Below are positions 15,908-24,534 of a stretch of 57,853 nt of DNA, in pieces. The first letter of the stretch is position 1. Each line of letters begins with the position of its first letter. The stretch comes from an uncultured Gammaproteobacteria bacterium (lineage in GTDB: Bacteria > Patescibacteriota > Microgenomatia > Levybacterales > UBA12049). The stretch covers positions 1-57,853 of the forward strand of contig CAZMGC010000002.1 of assembly GCA_964565795.1 (NCBI GenBank). The letters run 5' to 3'. The translations under genes were made by a program, and so were the position numbers. Under the pieces are notes generated by a model. That model did not search any database and was not told the origin of the DNA. It saw only the letters and a list, made by a program, of their open reading frames with translations.

Positions 15908-16219
15908 TTAAACAGTTCCTCCTGGTGTTCCTGTGTCTCCTCCACCTGGTTGCTCTGGTGCAGGCATTCCTGCGTTTGGATCAACTGCTGGTGTAGGTTC
16001 TGGTGTTGGTGCTGGTTCTGGTGCAGGTGGCGGCGTCCAACCTTGATTAGGGTCGACTGCTGGCGCTTGTCCTACTCCTGGATCAGCTGGTGGTGGAGTT
16101 ACTCCGCCTACTGCTGGATCCTGTGCTGGTACTCCTCCCCCCATCCCTGGATCTTGAGGTGGCATTCCACCTGCATTTGGATCTGGAGTTCCAACTGTTG
16201 GGTTATTTTGATCGTCCAT
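15908..16219 (-). CDS. Pro/Gly-rich low-complexity protein (103 aa)
   Basis: The start is placed at MDDQNN, preceded by SD AAGGGGGTGA. The protein has repetitive DP..G/PP motifs. The antisense ORF 15950-16261 is a shadow. Confidence 0.6.
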   Translation of the reverse strand: MDDQNNPTVGTPDPNAGGMPPQDPGMGGGVPAQDPAVGGVTPPPADPGVGQAPAVDPNQGWTPPPAPEPAPTPEPTPAVDPNAGMPAPEQPGGGDTGTPGGTV

Positions 16220-16336
16220 AACATTCACCCCCTTTCGCCTCAAGTCACCCTGAGGTATTAGTTTTCCTATCATATCGGTCTTAATAAAAAATGTAAATAT
16301 ATCAATCGCAGGTTGGACAAGCTTTATACTTTAATT

Positions 16337-17695
16337 TTAGATAACTGTAGCTTGTGTTGGTTCAGCGGGTGGAGCTGAAGAAGTCTCTTCTCTTTTTCTT
16401 TCCATATTATAAAATCTGATTCGATCTCCCCTAAATAGAAGGTCTACTTCTCCTTGTGGACCATTTCTATGCTTAGCAATTGAAAGCTTAGTTTGCATAA
16501 CGTCAGCTATTTCAGCATCCGGTCTATATAAAAACATAACCACGTCTGCGTCCTGTTCGATAGCTCCTGACTCTCTGAGATCTGCAAGTTGCGGTTTCTT
16601 CTCTCCCCTATGCTCAACTGCACGAGACAACTGAGACAGTGCCAGAACTGGAATCTTAAGCTCTCTGGCTAAATTTTTAAGAGCCTGAGAAACGATTGAC
16701 ACTTCCTGAACTCTATTATCATAATGTTTTCCTGGGTCAACTAATTGAAGGTAGTCTACGATAATTATTGAAACGTTATGTTCAAGCTGCAATCTCCTAG
16801 CCTTTGTTCTAATCTGAGAGACTGATATTCCAGGCGTGTCATCAATGTAAATTGGCGCATCTGCCAAAACCCCCATAGCTTCAGACAATTTTGTAAAATC
16901 AGATTCAGTTAATCTTCCTGTTTTAAGTCTCCAGGCATCAACATCAGCTTGTCCAACTAAAAGACGGTCCACTAATTCTTCCTGGCTCATTTCAAGAGAA
17001 AAAATACCAACTGATTTTTTTTCATTTACTGCTATGTGCTGCGACATATTTACAATAAACGCAGTTTTCCCTTGTCCAGGACGAGCTGCTAAAATCAAAA
17101 GATTGGAAGCCTGCATTCCTGAAAGAATATTATCTAAATCAGTAAAACCGGTTTTTACTCCTCTAAGTCCAGCACCCGATTTATGAAGCTCATCGATTCT
17201 GTCAAAACTTTCCGCAAGTCCAGCTTTAATCGGCATGAATCCTTTTATGGTGTGTCCCTGCGTAATTGCAAAAACTGAAGCCTCAGCTTTATCTAAAAGA
17301 TCTTCTGCTTCCTTGTCCTCCATAAAACCCATCTCTGCAATATTTGAACCCAAACCGATTAGCGCTCGCTTCATAGAGTCTTCCTGAATAATTTGAGCGT
17401 AATGTTCAACATTTGCAGCCGTAGGAACGGCATTAAAAAGTTCAGTTAAATAAGACGCATCAATTTTGGCTTTTAGACTTTTAAGTTCTTTAGTGAGAGT
17501 TAAAATATCAATTGGTTTATTTGCATCATGAAGCGAAAGCATTGCTTCAAAAATTTTTCCGTTGTTGTCATCGTAGAAGTCCTTAGGCTTCAATTTTTCT
17601 GAAACTAGTCCGATAGTTTCTTTACTAAGTAAAATCGCGCCCAATACACTTTGCTCTGCTTCCTCACTATGTGGTGGAACTTTAGATGTAGCCAT
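16337..17695 (-). CDS. dnaB: replicative DNA helicase DnaB
   Basis: PPHSEEAEQSVLGAILL, Walker A ARPGQGKTAF, and the blocks IIVDYLQL and LRESGAIEQDADVV are present. Confidence 0.95.
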   Translation of the reverse strand: MATSKVPPHSEEAEQSVLGAILLSKETIGLVSEKLKPKDFYDDNNGKIFEAMLSLHDANKPIDILTLTKELKSLKAKIDASYLTELFNAVPTAANVEHYAQIIQEDSMKRALIGLGSNIAEMGFMEDKEAEDLLDKAEASVFAITQGHTIKGFMPIKAGLAESFDRIDELHKSGAGLRGVKTGFTDLDNILSGMQASNLLILAARPGQGKTAFIVNMSQHIAVNEKKSVGIFSLEMSQEELVDRLLVGQADVDAWRLKTGRLTESDFTKLSEAMGVLADAPIYIDDTPGISVSQIRTKARRLQLEHNVSIIIVDYLQLVDPGKHYDNRVQEVSIVSQALKNLARELKIPVLALSQLSRAVEHRGEKKPQLADLRESGAIEQDADVVMFLYRPDAEIADVMQTKLSIAKHRNGPQGEVDLLFRGDRIRFYNMERKREETSSAPPAEPTQATVI

Positions 17696-17761
17696 AAGTT
17701 TTAAAATAATAGTTCAAGCTCTAGGAAAAAACAATGACACAATCAATAACAAACTCTAGTT

Positions 17762-18292
17762 TTAGCCTAACAAAACTAATTCCATTTCCTGCGGGAGCTT
17801 GTCTGAGGTTGTTGAGTATTTGTTCGCACTTACTGCTTCTTCTTTCCCTAATGATTTTGCAACTTCTGCCTTTTTAGAACCATAAACAAGTAGGACATTT
17901 GGCTCAAGCGCTGTTAAAATAGAATGATTAAATTCATCATTTGAATTAATAACTACCATTTGTGATTCTTCTATCTTGTCATGAATTTTTTCTATGGTTG
18001 TCCCACTCCCTACCAAAACCTTAACATTATCCACATCAATTCTAGCGATTTGATCAGTCTCAATTCTGGTTACTGAAATTTTTACTCCGCTTACTTCATA
18101 CTCCCCTGGGCCTTTTATGGTAATCCTACTTCCTTCAATTTTAGCTTCACTAAATTCAGGACTCTCTTTTAAGCGAATAATTGCATCCGCTTCTGTTTTT
18201 GAAGTAGAAGAAGTAGGATTAATTACTACTGAGGCATTTTTACCTTTAACTTTAATTGTATTTTCGTTTAGTATTGCTATGTCCATTTGCAT
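17762..18292 (-). CDS. hypothetical protein (176 aa)
   Basis: Long ORF with a faint resemblance to a degenerate MBL-fold protein. No catalytic motif seen. Confidence 0.55.
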   Translation of the reverse strand: MQMDIAILNENTIKVKGKNASVVINPTSSTSKTEADAIIRLKESPEFSEAKIEGSRITIKGPGEYEVSGVKISVTRIETDQIARIDVDNVKVLVGSGTTIEKIHDKIEESQMVVINSNDEFNHSILTALEPNVLLVYGSKKAEVAKSLGKEEAVSANKYSTTSDKLPQEMELVLLG

Positions 18293-18401
18293 ATCCTACC
18301 ATGTGTAAGTTTTCTTGACAAGATAAATATTTAAGTAGTATCATGAGCCTTACTTTAAATGTCGAAGGCCAAAAGCCCTGGCAGTATAAATCCTCGGTCT
18401 T

Positions 18402-18827
18402 ATGAAAAAAGAAAAAATTATCCTTTCTTTTATCGCTGCCTTAATTGGAATTGCTCTTGCAATTGCCGCATTCTTTATTTACCAATCTACTAAGAAAGTA
18501 GATCCCTCGGATATTAAAAAAATTTCCATAGAGGACCCTTCCCCAACACCAGGGTCATCTGTTTTCATAACCGTTGAAAGACCAACGGATGAAGAAGTTA
18601 CAGATGAGAGAATTATTACTATTTCCGGAAAGACAATTCCAGATGCTAAAATAATAGTATTAACAGAATCCAGTGAAGAAGCTGGAGTAGCAGCAAGTAA
18701 TGGAAATTTCTCGACTGAAATTTCACTGGATGATGGCGAAAATATTATTGAAGTGAACGCTATTACAAAAACTGGTGAAGTTGCGAAAACTAAACTAATC
18801 GTAACTTACTCAACAGAAACTTTTTAA
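18402..18827 (+). CDS. membrane-anchored exported protein
   Basis: N-terminal TM (IILSFIAALIGIALAIAAFFIY) followed by a beta-rich domain. Confidence 0.65.
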   Translation: MKKEKIILSFIAALIGIALAIAAFFIYQSTKKVDPSDIKKISIEDPSPTPGSSVFITVERPTDEEVTDERIITISGKTIPDAKIIVLTESSEEAGVAASNGNFSTEISLDDGENIIEVNAITKTGEVAKTKLIVTYSTETF

Positions 18828-18828
18828 T

Positions 18829-19581
18829 ATGTTTAAAATTTTTATAATTACATTAATATTATTAACTCTCTCTATTCCCCAAGCATATGGACAAACAAAA
18901 ACTCCTACAAAAAATGCCATACCCACAAGCGACGAGATTGAAAAAATTACAAATAAAGTGGATGCGTTAAAAAATAAAGTTGCTTCTCGAGTAGCTGAGC
19001 TCAATTTGGTTGAAAGAAGAGGAATAATGGGGATTGTTGAAGACTCTTCAGATACTCAAATAACTATTATCGATTTAAATAATAAAACTCGAATTATTGA
19101 TGTAGATGAATTGACTAAATTCTCCTCCGAAGACGATGATTCTTTTGGAATTTCAGATATCAAGAAAGGTTCTAAAATCTCAGCACTTGGTCTTTACAAT
19201 AAAGAGTCTCAAAGGCTTTTAGCACGTTTCGTAAATGAAAAAAATCTTCCATTGTTTCTACATGGAATAATTTCAGAAGTTGACGAGGATAAATTCACTG
19301 TCACTCTTCTAACAGAAGAGGGTAAAGAATATTTAGTAGATGTTGAAAATATAACTAAAACTTTTAGTTATGATGACGGTGAACTTGAATCCTCTGGTTT
19401 TTCAAAAATTGAAAAAATGCAAAACTCAATTGTAATAGGATTCCTAGATCCGAAAGAAAACAATAGATTAACCGCCTCAAGAATAATTACATTTCCTGAT
19501 TTACCTAAAAATCCAAGAATTCAAATAATTGACAACGACACTAAATCAACCCCTACCCCTACTCCAAAAGAGGAAGAATGA
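18829..19581 (+). CDS. secreted hypothetical protein
   Basis: Signal-peptide-like MFKIFIITLILLTLSIPQAYG. It is adjacent to, and coupled with, its neighbours. Confidence 0.65.
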   Translation: MFKIFIITLILLTLSIPQAYGQTKTPTKNAIPTSDEIEKITNKVDALKNKVASRVAELNLVERRGIMGIVEDSSDTQITIIDLNNKTRIIDVDELTKFSSEDDDSFGISDIKKGSKISALGLYNKESQRLLARFVNEKNLPLFLHGIISEVDEDKFTVTLLTEEGKEYLVDVENITKTFSYDDGELESSGFSKIEKMQNSIVIGFLDPKENNRLTASRIITFPDLPKNPRIQIIDNDTKSTPTPTPKEEE

Positions 19582-20630
19582 ACCAAGAATTAAAGAAAAT
19601 TTTAGAAAAAGTTAACGCCATTATCATTTCATCTCCATCAAATATTATTTACTTAACGAAGTTCTCTGGTTTTTCTGAAACAGAAAGAGAATGTTTTTTG
19701 CTAATTACAAAAAATAAAAATTTCCTAATAACTGACAGAAGATATTCAGAGGCAGTTGAAAAAATCACAAAGAATTTTACAGTAATCGATACTGGTGTTG
19801 GCATGTTTTTAAAAAAAGAAGCAAAAGAGCTATTTAAAAAACTAAATTTAAAAACATTGGGATTTGAAGAAAATGATTTGAAAGTAATTGAATATAGATC
19901 TCTCAAAAAAATAACTAAACTCAAGCCTATTGACCTATCTCAAATTAAAATAATTAAAAATGAAGACGAAATTAAAAATATAAAACTTGCATGCGAAATT
20001 GCCGATCAAGCATTTAATGAAGTAATTAAAAAAATAAAATTAGGCATTACAGAAAAAGAAATCTCTAACTTAATAGAGTCTTTTATAAAAGAAAAGAATG
20101 CAGATATCTCCTTTAAACCAATTGTCGCTTTTGGGAAAAATTCTTCAGTTCCCCATCATCAAACAGGAGAAAGTAAACTTAAGAAAAATCAAATAATTCT
20201 ATTAGATTTTGGAGTAAAGAAAAATAATTACTGTTCAGATATGTCACGAACTATTTATTTTGGGAAAGCGCCTGATAAGTTTATAAAAATACACAATACT
20301 GTTTTATTAGCACAGAAAAGAGCCATAAGCGAAATTAGGGTAGGTGTTAAAGCTTCAAAAATTGATAATTCTGCAAGAAACTTCATACTTGATGCTGGAT
20401 TTCCAAACATTATTCACTCTGTTGGACATGGAATCGGCATAGATGTTCACGAAACACCATTTATATCCCCGAATTCCAAAGACACTATTCAGGAAGGCAT
20501 GGTTTTTTCAGTTGAACCAGGAATATATATTCCTAACTATGGCGGAGTTAGAATCGAAGACTTAGTATTAGTAAGAGCAGATAATGTAGAGTTGATTTCC
20601 CACTCAAATAGAGAAATAATAGAGCTATAG
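19578..20630 (+). CDS. M24-family Xaa-Pro aminopeptidase
   Basis: HSVGHGIGIDVHE and GGVRIEDLVLV metal-ligand blocks are present. The ATGA start overlaps the upstream stop. Confidence 0.85.
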   Translation: MNQELKKILEKVNAIIISSPSNIIYLTKFSGFSETERECFLLITKNKNFLITDRRYSEAVEKITKNFTVIDTGVGMFLKKEAKELFKKLNLKTLGFEENDLKVIEYRSLKKITKLKPIDLSQIKIIKNEDEIKNIKLACEIADQAFNEVIKKIKLGITEKEISNLIESFIKEKNADISFKPIVAFGKNSSVPHHQTGESKLKKNQIILLDFGVKKNNYCSDMSRTIYFGKAPDKFIKIHNTVLLAQKRAISEIRVGVKASKIDNSARNFILDAGFPNIIHSVGHGIGIDVHETPFISPNSKDTIQEGMVFSVEPGIYIPNYGGVRIEDLVLVRADNVELISHSNREIIEL

Positions 20631-20634
20631 CTCT

Positions 20635-21639
20635 ATGTTAGATGAACTTAAAAAAGATCTTTCTTCATTAAAACTCCTAATTACCCTGGGAACAATTGCA
20701 GTTGGAATTTATTTATTTGAATACGTAGTTAAATTTTTAAGGGACTTTTCGGACATAATAATAATTCTATTTTTCGGTTGGCTTGTGAGCTTCATACTGG
20801 AACCTTTTGTAGATATTTTTACCAATTATTTAAAAGTTCCAAGAATTATTTCTACAGTTATTGTCTTTGTTTTAGCGGCAATTTTAATCGGGTTAACTTT
20901 CATAGTCTTTATTCCAGATCTTGCAATTCAATTTAAAACTCTTGAACAATTACTTCCCACTTTTAAAGAAAGCGCGCCACCAGTTGTAGCTGATGGAATC
21001 GATAATTTTACTAAATCTATTGGAAGCTATACGAACATTATTCCTTCAGTTACACAGTTTCTGGTTAATTTAGTCACAATTCTTATACTGTCATTTTATT
21101 TAGTGATTGATAAAGACAATTTAAATCGAAGAATGTTTGCGCTAACCCCACGAAAATATCACGATGAAATGAGATTTGTGCAAAGGGTTATCGACCAGTC
21201 ATTTGCCTCATTCGTAAGAATTCAAATTTTATGGGGAGTAATTGGCGGAATTATTACCTGGATAATTCTTACAATTTTTGGAATTAATTTTGCTGGGTCA
21301 ACATCACTAATTGCAGGAATTTTAACTGCCATCCCAGTAATTGGCCCGATAATAGGAGTTATCCCTCCCCTATTGGTAGCTCTTGTTGAAAGACCAGATC
21401 AAGCGTTGTTAATATTCTTAATTATTTTTATAATTCAACAATTCATATTTAATGCTATTGGACCAAAAATAATTGGAAGTGCATTTAGCATAAATCCTGT
21501 AATTGTTATCCTCTCCCTATTAATAGGCATTAAGGTGGCAGGTGCAACTGGAGCAGTTTTTGCAATTCCAATTGCAAGCATAATCATTATAGTTGGTCGC
21601 GAATTTTATAATTTTCATTTCAAAGAAAGAGAAGATTAA
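20635..21639 (+). CDS. AI-2E (PerM) family transporter
   Basis: Polytopic protein with a C-terminal GATGAVFAIPIAS block typical of the AI-2E family. Confidence 0.75.
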   Translation: MLDELKKDLSSLKLLITLGTIAVGIYLFEYVVKFLRDFSDIIIILFFGWLVSFILEPFVDIFTNYLKVPRIISTVIVFVLAAILIGLTFIVFIPDLAIQFKTLEQLLPTFKESAPPVVADGIDNFTKSIGSYTNIIPSVTQFLVNLVTILILSFYLVIDKDNLNRRMFALTPRKYHDEMRFVQRVIDQSFASFVRIQILWGVIGGIITWIILTIFGINFAGSTSLIAGILTAIPVIGPIIGVIPPLLVALVERPDQALLIFLIIFIIQQFIFNAIGPKIIGSAFSINPVIVILSLLIGIKVAGATGAVFAIPIASIIIIVGREFYNFHFKERED

Positions 21640-21649
21640 TACTATGAGC

Positions 21650-21678
21650 TTGACAAAGAAAATACAATATGCCACAAT
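21650..21678 (+). promoter_or_regulatory. sigma70-type promoter of a non-coding leader
   Basis: TTGACA, 17 nt ending in TGc, CACAAT. It starts 11 nt after the upstream stop. Confidence 0.45.
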
Positions 21679-21684
21679 ACATTT

Positions 21685-21802
21685 AATGAAAAACGGATTA
21701 AACACATCATATTGGTATCATGTTCGTCTGAACGGCGGATGTGATTTTCGTGTTTAAAAATTAAACAAAAAGAAATCATGACCGCCGAAAGGCGGTTTTT
21801 TT
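21685..21802 (+). ncRNA. candidate cis-regulatory leader (terminator/antiterminator) or small RNA, about 118 nt
   Basis: No ORF. Stems are CACATC/GATGTG (21703-08/21738-43) and GTTC/GAAC (21722-33). CGGCGG (21733-38) can pair with the terminator 5' arm CCGCCG (21782-87). Confidence 0.35.
21781..21802 (+). terminator. rho-independent terminator
   Basis: ACCGCC-GAAA-GGCGGT followed by a T7 run. Confidence 0.8.
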
Positions 21803-21830
21803 ATGCTTTAAAAAAGCATGTAAACAGAAT

Positions 21831-22910
21831 ATGAAAAATCAAAATAAACAACAAAGAGTAATTTGGATGATGGATGAAACAATCGCTAATGCGCATCCAA
21901 TAAATTGGGGAAGAGTTAGAGAGCTTGAGGCGAGTCTAGTTGCTGCTATCGGGAGCCCTGATTTTAATCATGTTATTGCTGATCCTATACCTTTACTTAG
22001 AAATTTATCTAGAGGACTTAAGAATGAGGATTTTAGTTCAGTAATTGATTTAACTGGATGGATGACCCCTGCATTGCAGGAATTATTCCCTCAAATACCT
22101 GTAGACAACAGTTTTTCGTTAAGTAGAGTGAGGGTTGTTTCTTCTCCAGGTCTCGAAACGACAGGATATAAGGTAAGTCTTTTTCCAGAAGAAGTTGAAG
22201 ATCTTCGTGAAAGATTGGATTTAGAAAAACCTCTTATAGTGGATGATGTGAGTTTTAGTGGTTGGACAAGTAAAAAAACCATGGATATTTTGGGAATAAA
22301 TCCAGCTTCCGCTACTCATGCATTTCTTTTAACAAACGATGGAGATTTGGGAAATAATCCAGGCGCAGTCGGTCTTCTCCAGGGAGTGGGAGGAAGAGTA
22401 ATATCTGGTGGAACAATTACTACTCCTCAAGATGATGGATGGCACCTAAAGGATTTGCATCAAAATCCAAATCTTTCCGAGTCATTTGTTCTTTCAATGT
22501 TATTTCAGGAAATTGTAGGAAGTGACGGAATGGATTCGCAGTCCGCTAGAGATTTTTTCAGAAGAAGTACGGTAATGAGAATTATATTTCCTGATCATCT
22601 TACGTCTGATCAAATAAGAAGACTTATGAATGAGGGAAGATTTATCACAAAAGATGGAAATCCTCCAGACGGAAATGAAATACATGCAAGAAATCCATTC
22701 CTATGGGCAAGCCCATATTTTCAAGCGCACGTCGACATGGCAAAAGTTATTGCAAATAACGAGACAGTCATAAAAACATTGGGAGAGCTAAGAAGTTTGA
22801 CGTCTGATTCTCAAGGAAGAGATGAAGCAAGTCTTGAACTTCAAAGAGTAGTGAGAAGTGAAATCGCAGAACCCGTAGAGGGAAATTTAGGTAGAAGGGA
22901 AAGATTATGA
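21831..22910 (+). CDS. phosphoribosyltransferase-like protein (359 aa, atypical architecture)
   Basis: The PRPP-binding-type motif EKPLIVDDVSFSGWTSKKT is present. The rest is not assignable to a known PRT subfamily. Confidence 0.6.
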   Translation: MKNQNKQQRVIWMMDETIANAHPINWGRVRELEASLVAAIGSPDFNHVIADPIPLLRNLSRGLKNEDFSSVIDLTGWMTPALQELFPQIPVDNSFSLSRVRVVSSPGLETTGYKVSLFPEEVEDLRERLDLEKPLIVDDVSFSGWTSKKTMDILGINPASATHAFLLTNDGDLGNNPGAVGLLQGVGGRVISGGTITTPQDDGWHLKDLHQNPNLSESFVLSMLFQEIVGSDGMDSQSARDFFRRSTVMRIIFPDHLTSDQIRRLMNEGRFITKDGNPPDGNEIHARNPFLWASPYFQAHVDMAKVIANNETVIKTLGELRSLTSDSQGRDEASLELQRVVRSEIAEPVEGNLGRRERL

Positions 22911-23572
22911 ATGAACATAAAATAATTTTTGATATGGATGGAACTCTGTACCACCTAGACAAAACAAAAGGACAAACTTTTGGACAATCTAGGCTTAGGA
23001 GAGAAATTCACGCAAATGTAATTCATTTTTTTGGCGAAAAACTTTCGCTTAGCCCCACGGACTCTGAGCGGGAACACGACAGAATATCTGAAGAATTTAA
23101 AGGGGAAGTAAGTATTGGCGTGGAAAATGAACTAGGGATCTCAAGATCAGAATATTTTGCGGCGACTTGGGATCTTATGCCTGAAGAATATGTTGAACCA
23201 GATCCTGGTCTTCGTGGAGAGCTTGAAGACTTAAGAGGAAGAATCGCAGTTCTTACCGCAGCCCCTAGAATTTGGGCTGCGCGAGTTCTATCTTTTCTAG
23301 ACATAGAAGATTTATTTGATGGGAAAATTTTTACTGGTGAACCAAACTTAAGAAAACCAGATCCTAATGTTTTTAGGATGGTTGCCATGAGTCTTGACGC
23401 ACAACCAGAAAATGTTTTCTCTATTGGAGACCAGGAACATACGGATATAGTTCCAGCAAAAAAAATAGGAATGAAAGCTGTAAAGATTGGTCCTGGGGAA
23501 ACAGTTGCCGATTTTCAGGCAGAAGATGTAAAACAAGCTCTGGGAATTTTAAGAAGAGGAGGATTTATATGA
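22907..23572 (+). CDS. HAD-superfamily phosphatase (nucleotidase-like)
   Basis: Motif I IIFDMDGTLY, motif II VLTAAP, and motif IV SIGDQEHTD are present. The ATGA start overlaps the upstream stop. Confidence 0.8.
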   Translation: MNEHKIIFDMDGTLYHLDKTKGQTFGQSRLRREIHANVIHFFGEKLSLSPTDSEREHDRISEEFKGEVSIGVENELGISRSEYFAATWDLMPEEYVEPDPGLRGELEDLRGRIAVLTAAPRIWAARVLSFLDIEDLFDGKIFTGEPNLRKPDPNVFRMVAMSLDAQPENVFSIGDQEHTDIVPAKKIGMKAVKIGPGETVADFQAEDVKQALGILRRGGFI

Positions 23573-24486
23573 AAAAAATAATTATTGATACAGATCCAGG
23601 ACAGGATGATGCAATGGCTATAATGTTAGCCATTAAAAGTCGTGCTTTTGAAATACAAGCTATTACTACAGTTTGTGGAAATTCAACTGTAAAAAACACT
23701 ACGCGAAACGCTAGATTTATTCTTGATGCATTAGGACGAAGTGAAATCCCTCTATACTCAGGAGAAGCAAAACCTTTAAAGCGTCCTTTAATTCAGGCAG
23801 TTGTACATGGGAAAAGCGGACTTGAGGGTATTGATCCAACAAATAATCCAGTGCTTACTGGAAATGCTCCGGATAAGATAATTTCATTTGTTAAATCAAA
23901 TCCCGGAAAAATTACAATCGTTACCTTGGGTCCTTTAACAAACATAGCCAAGGCAATTTTAATAGATAAAATAACAATGAAAAAAGTAAAGGAACTGGTA
24001 ATTATGGGAGGAGCTATTAATGTAGCTGGAAATAAGAATAGAGTGGCAGAGTTTAATATCTTTGTTGATCCTGATGCTGCTGATATTGTATTTAATTTTC
24101 CTATTAAAAAAACTATTGTCCCACTAGATGCATGTAATAATGTGCGATTTCAAATAAGAGATTTTATGAAAATTAAAAACAATAGGCTACGCAATTTATT
24201 AGTTAATATGAATAAACCCTATATCAAAAACCTTGAAAAAGATGCAGGCATTAAAGCTGCTCTAATGTATGACCCATTAACCATATTTTACTTGTTAGAA
24301 AAAGATGCTTGCCTCACCTTTAATGATAACGTTCAAATAGAAACAGTTGGCGGAATAACAAGGGGCATGACGGTCGTTGATAAACGAAAAATTAAGGACG
24401 GACTTATACCTAACACAACAATAGTTAAATACATAAATGAAAAGAAGTTTCGCAAATGTTTCTTAGATACCCTAAACAATGAATAA
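23569..24486 (+). CDS. nucleoside hydrolase (IUNH family)
   Basis: The N-terminal fingerprint IIIDTDPGQDDAMAIMLA is present. The start overlaps the upstream stop. Confidence 0.88.
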   Translation: MKKIIIDTDPGQDDAMAIMLAIKSRAFEIQAITTVCGNSTVKNTTRNARFILDALGRSEIPLYSGEAKPLKRPLIQAVVHGKSGLEGIDPTNNPVLTGNAPDKIISFVKSNPGKITIVTLGPLTNIAKAILIDKITMKKVKELVIMGGAINVAGNKNRVAEFNIFVDPDAADIVFNFPIKKTIVPLDACNNVRFQIRDFMKIKNNRLRNLLVNMNKPYIKNLEKDAGIKAALMYDPLTIFYLLEKDACLTFNDNVQIETVGGITRGMTVVDKRKIKDGLIPNTTIVKYINEKKFRKCFLDTLNNE

Positions 24487-24519
24487 CTATTTTTTAAATC
24501 ATTATAAGGAATAGCTTTG

Positions 24520-24528
24520 TGCTATTAT
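24520..24528 (+). promoter_or_regulatory. extended -10 element 6 nt upstream of hisS ATG
   Basis: TGcTATTAT, then TAATCT, then ATG 24535. No SD. Confidence 0.45.
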
Positions 24529-24534
24529 TAATCT

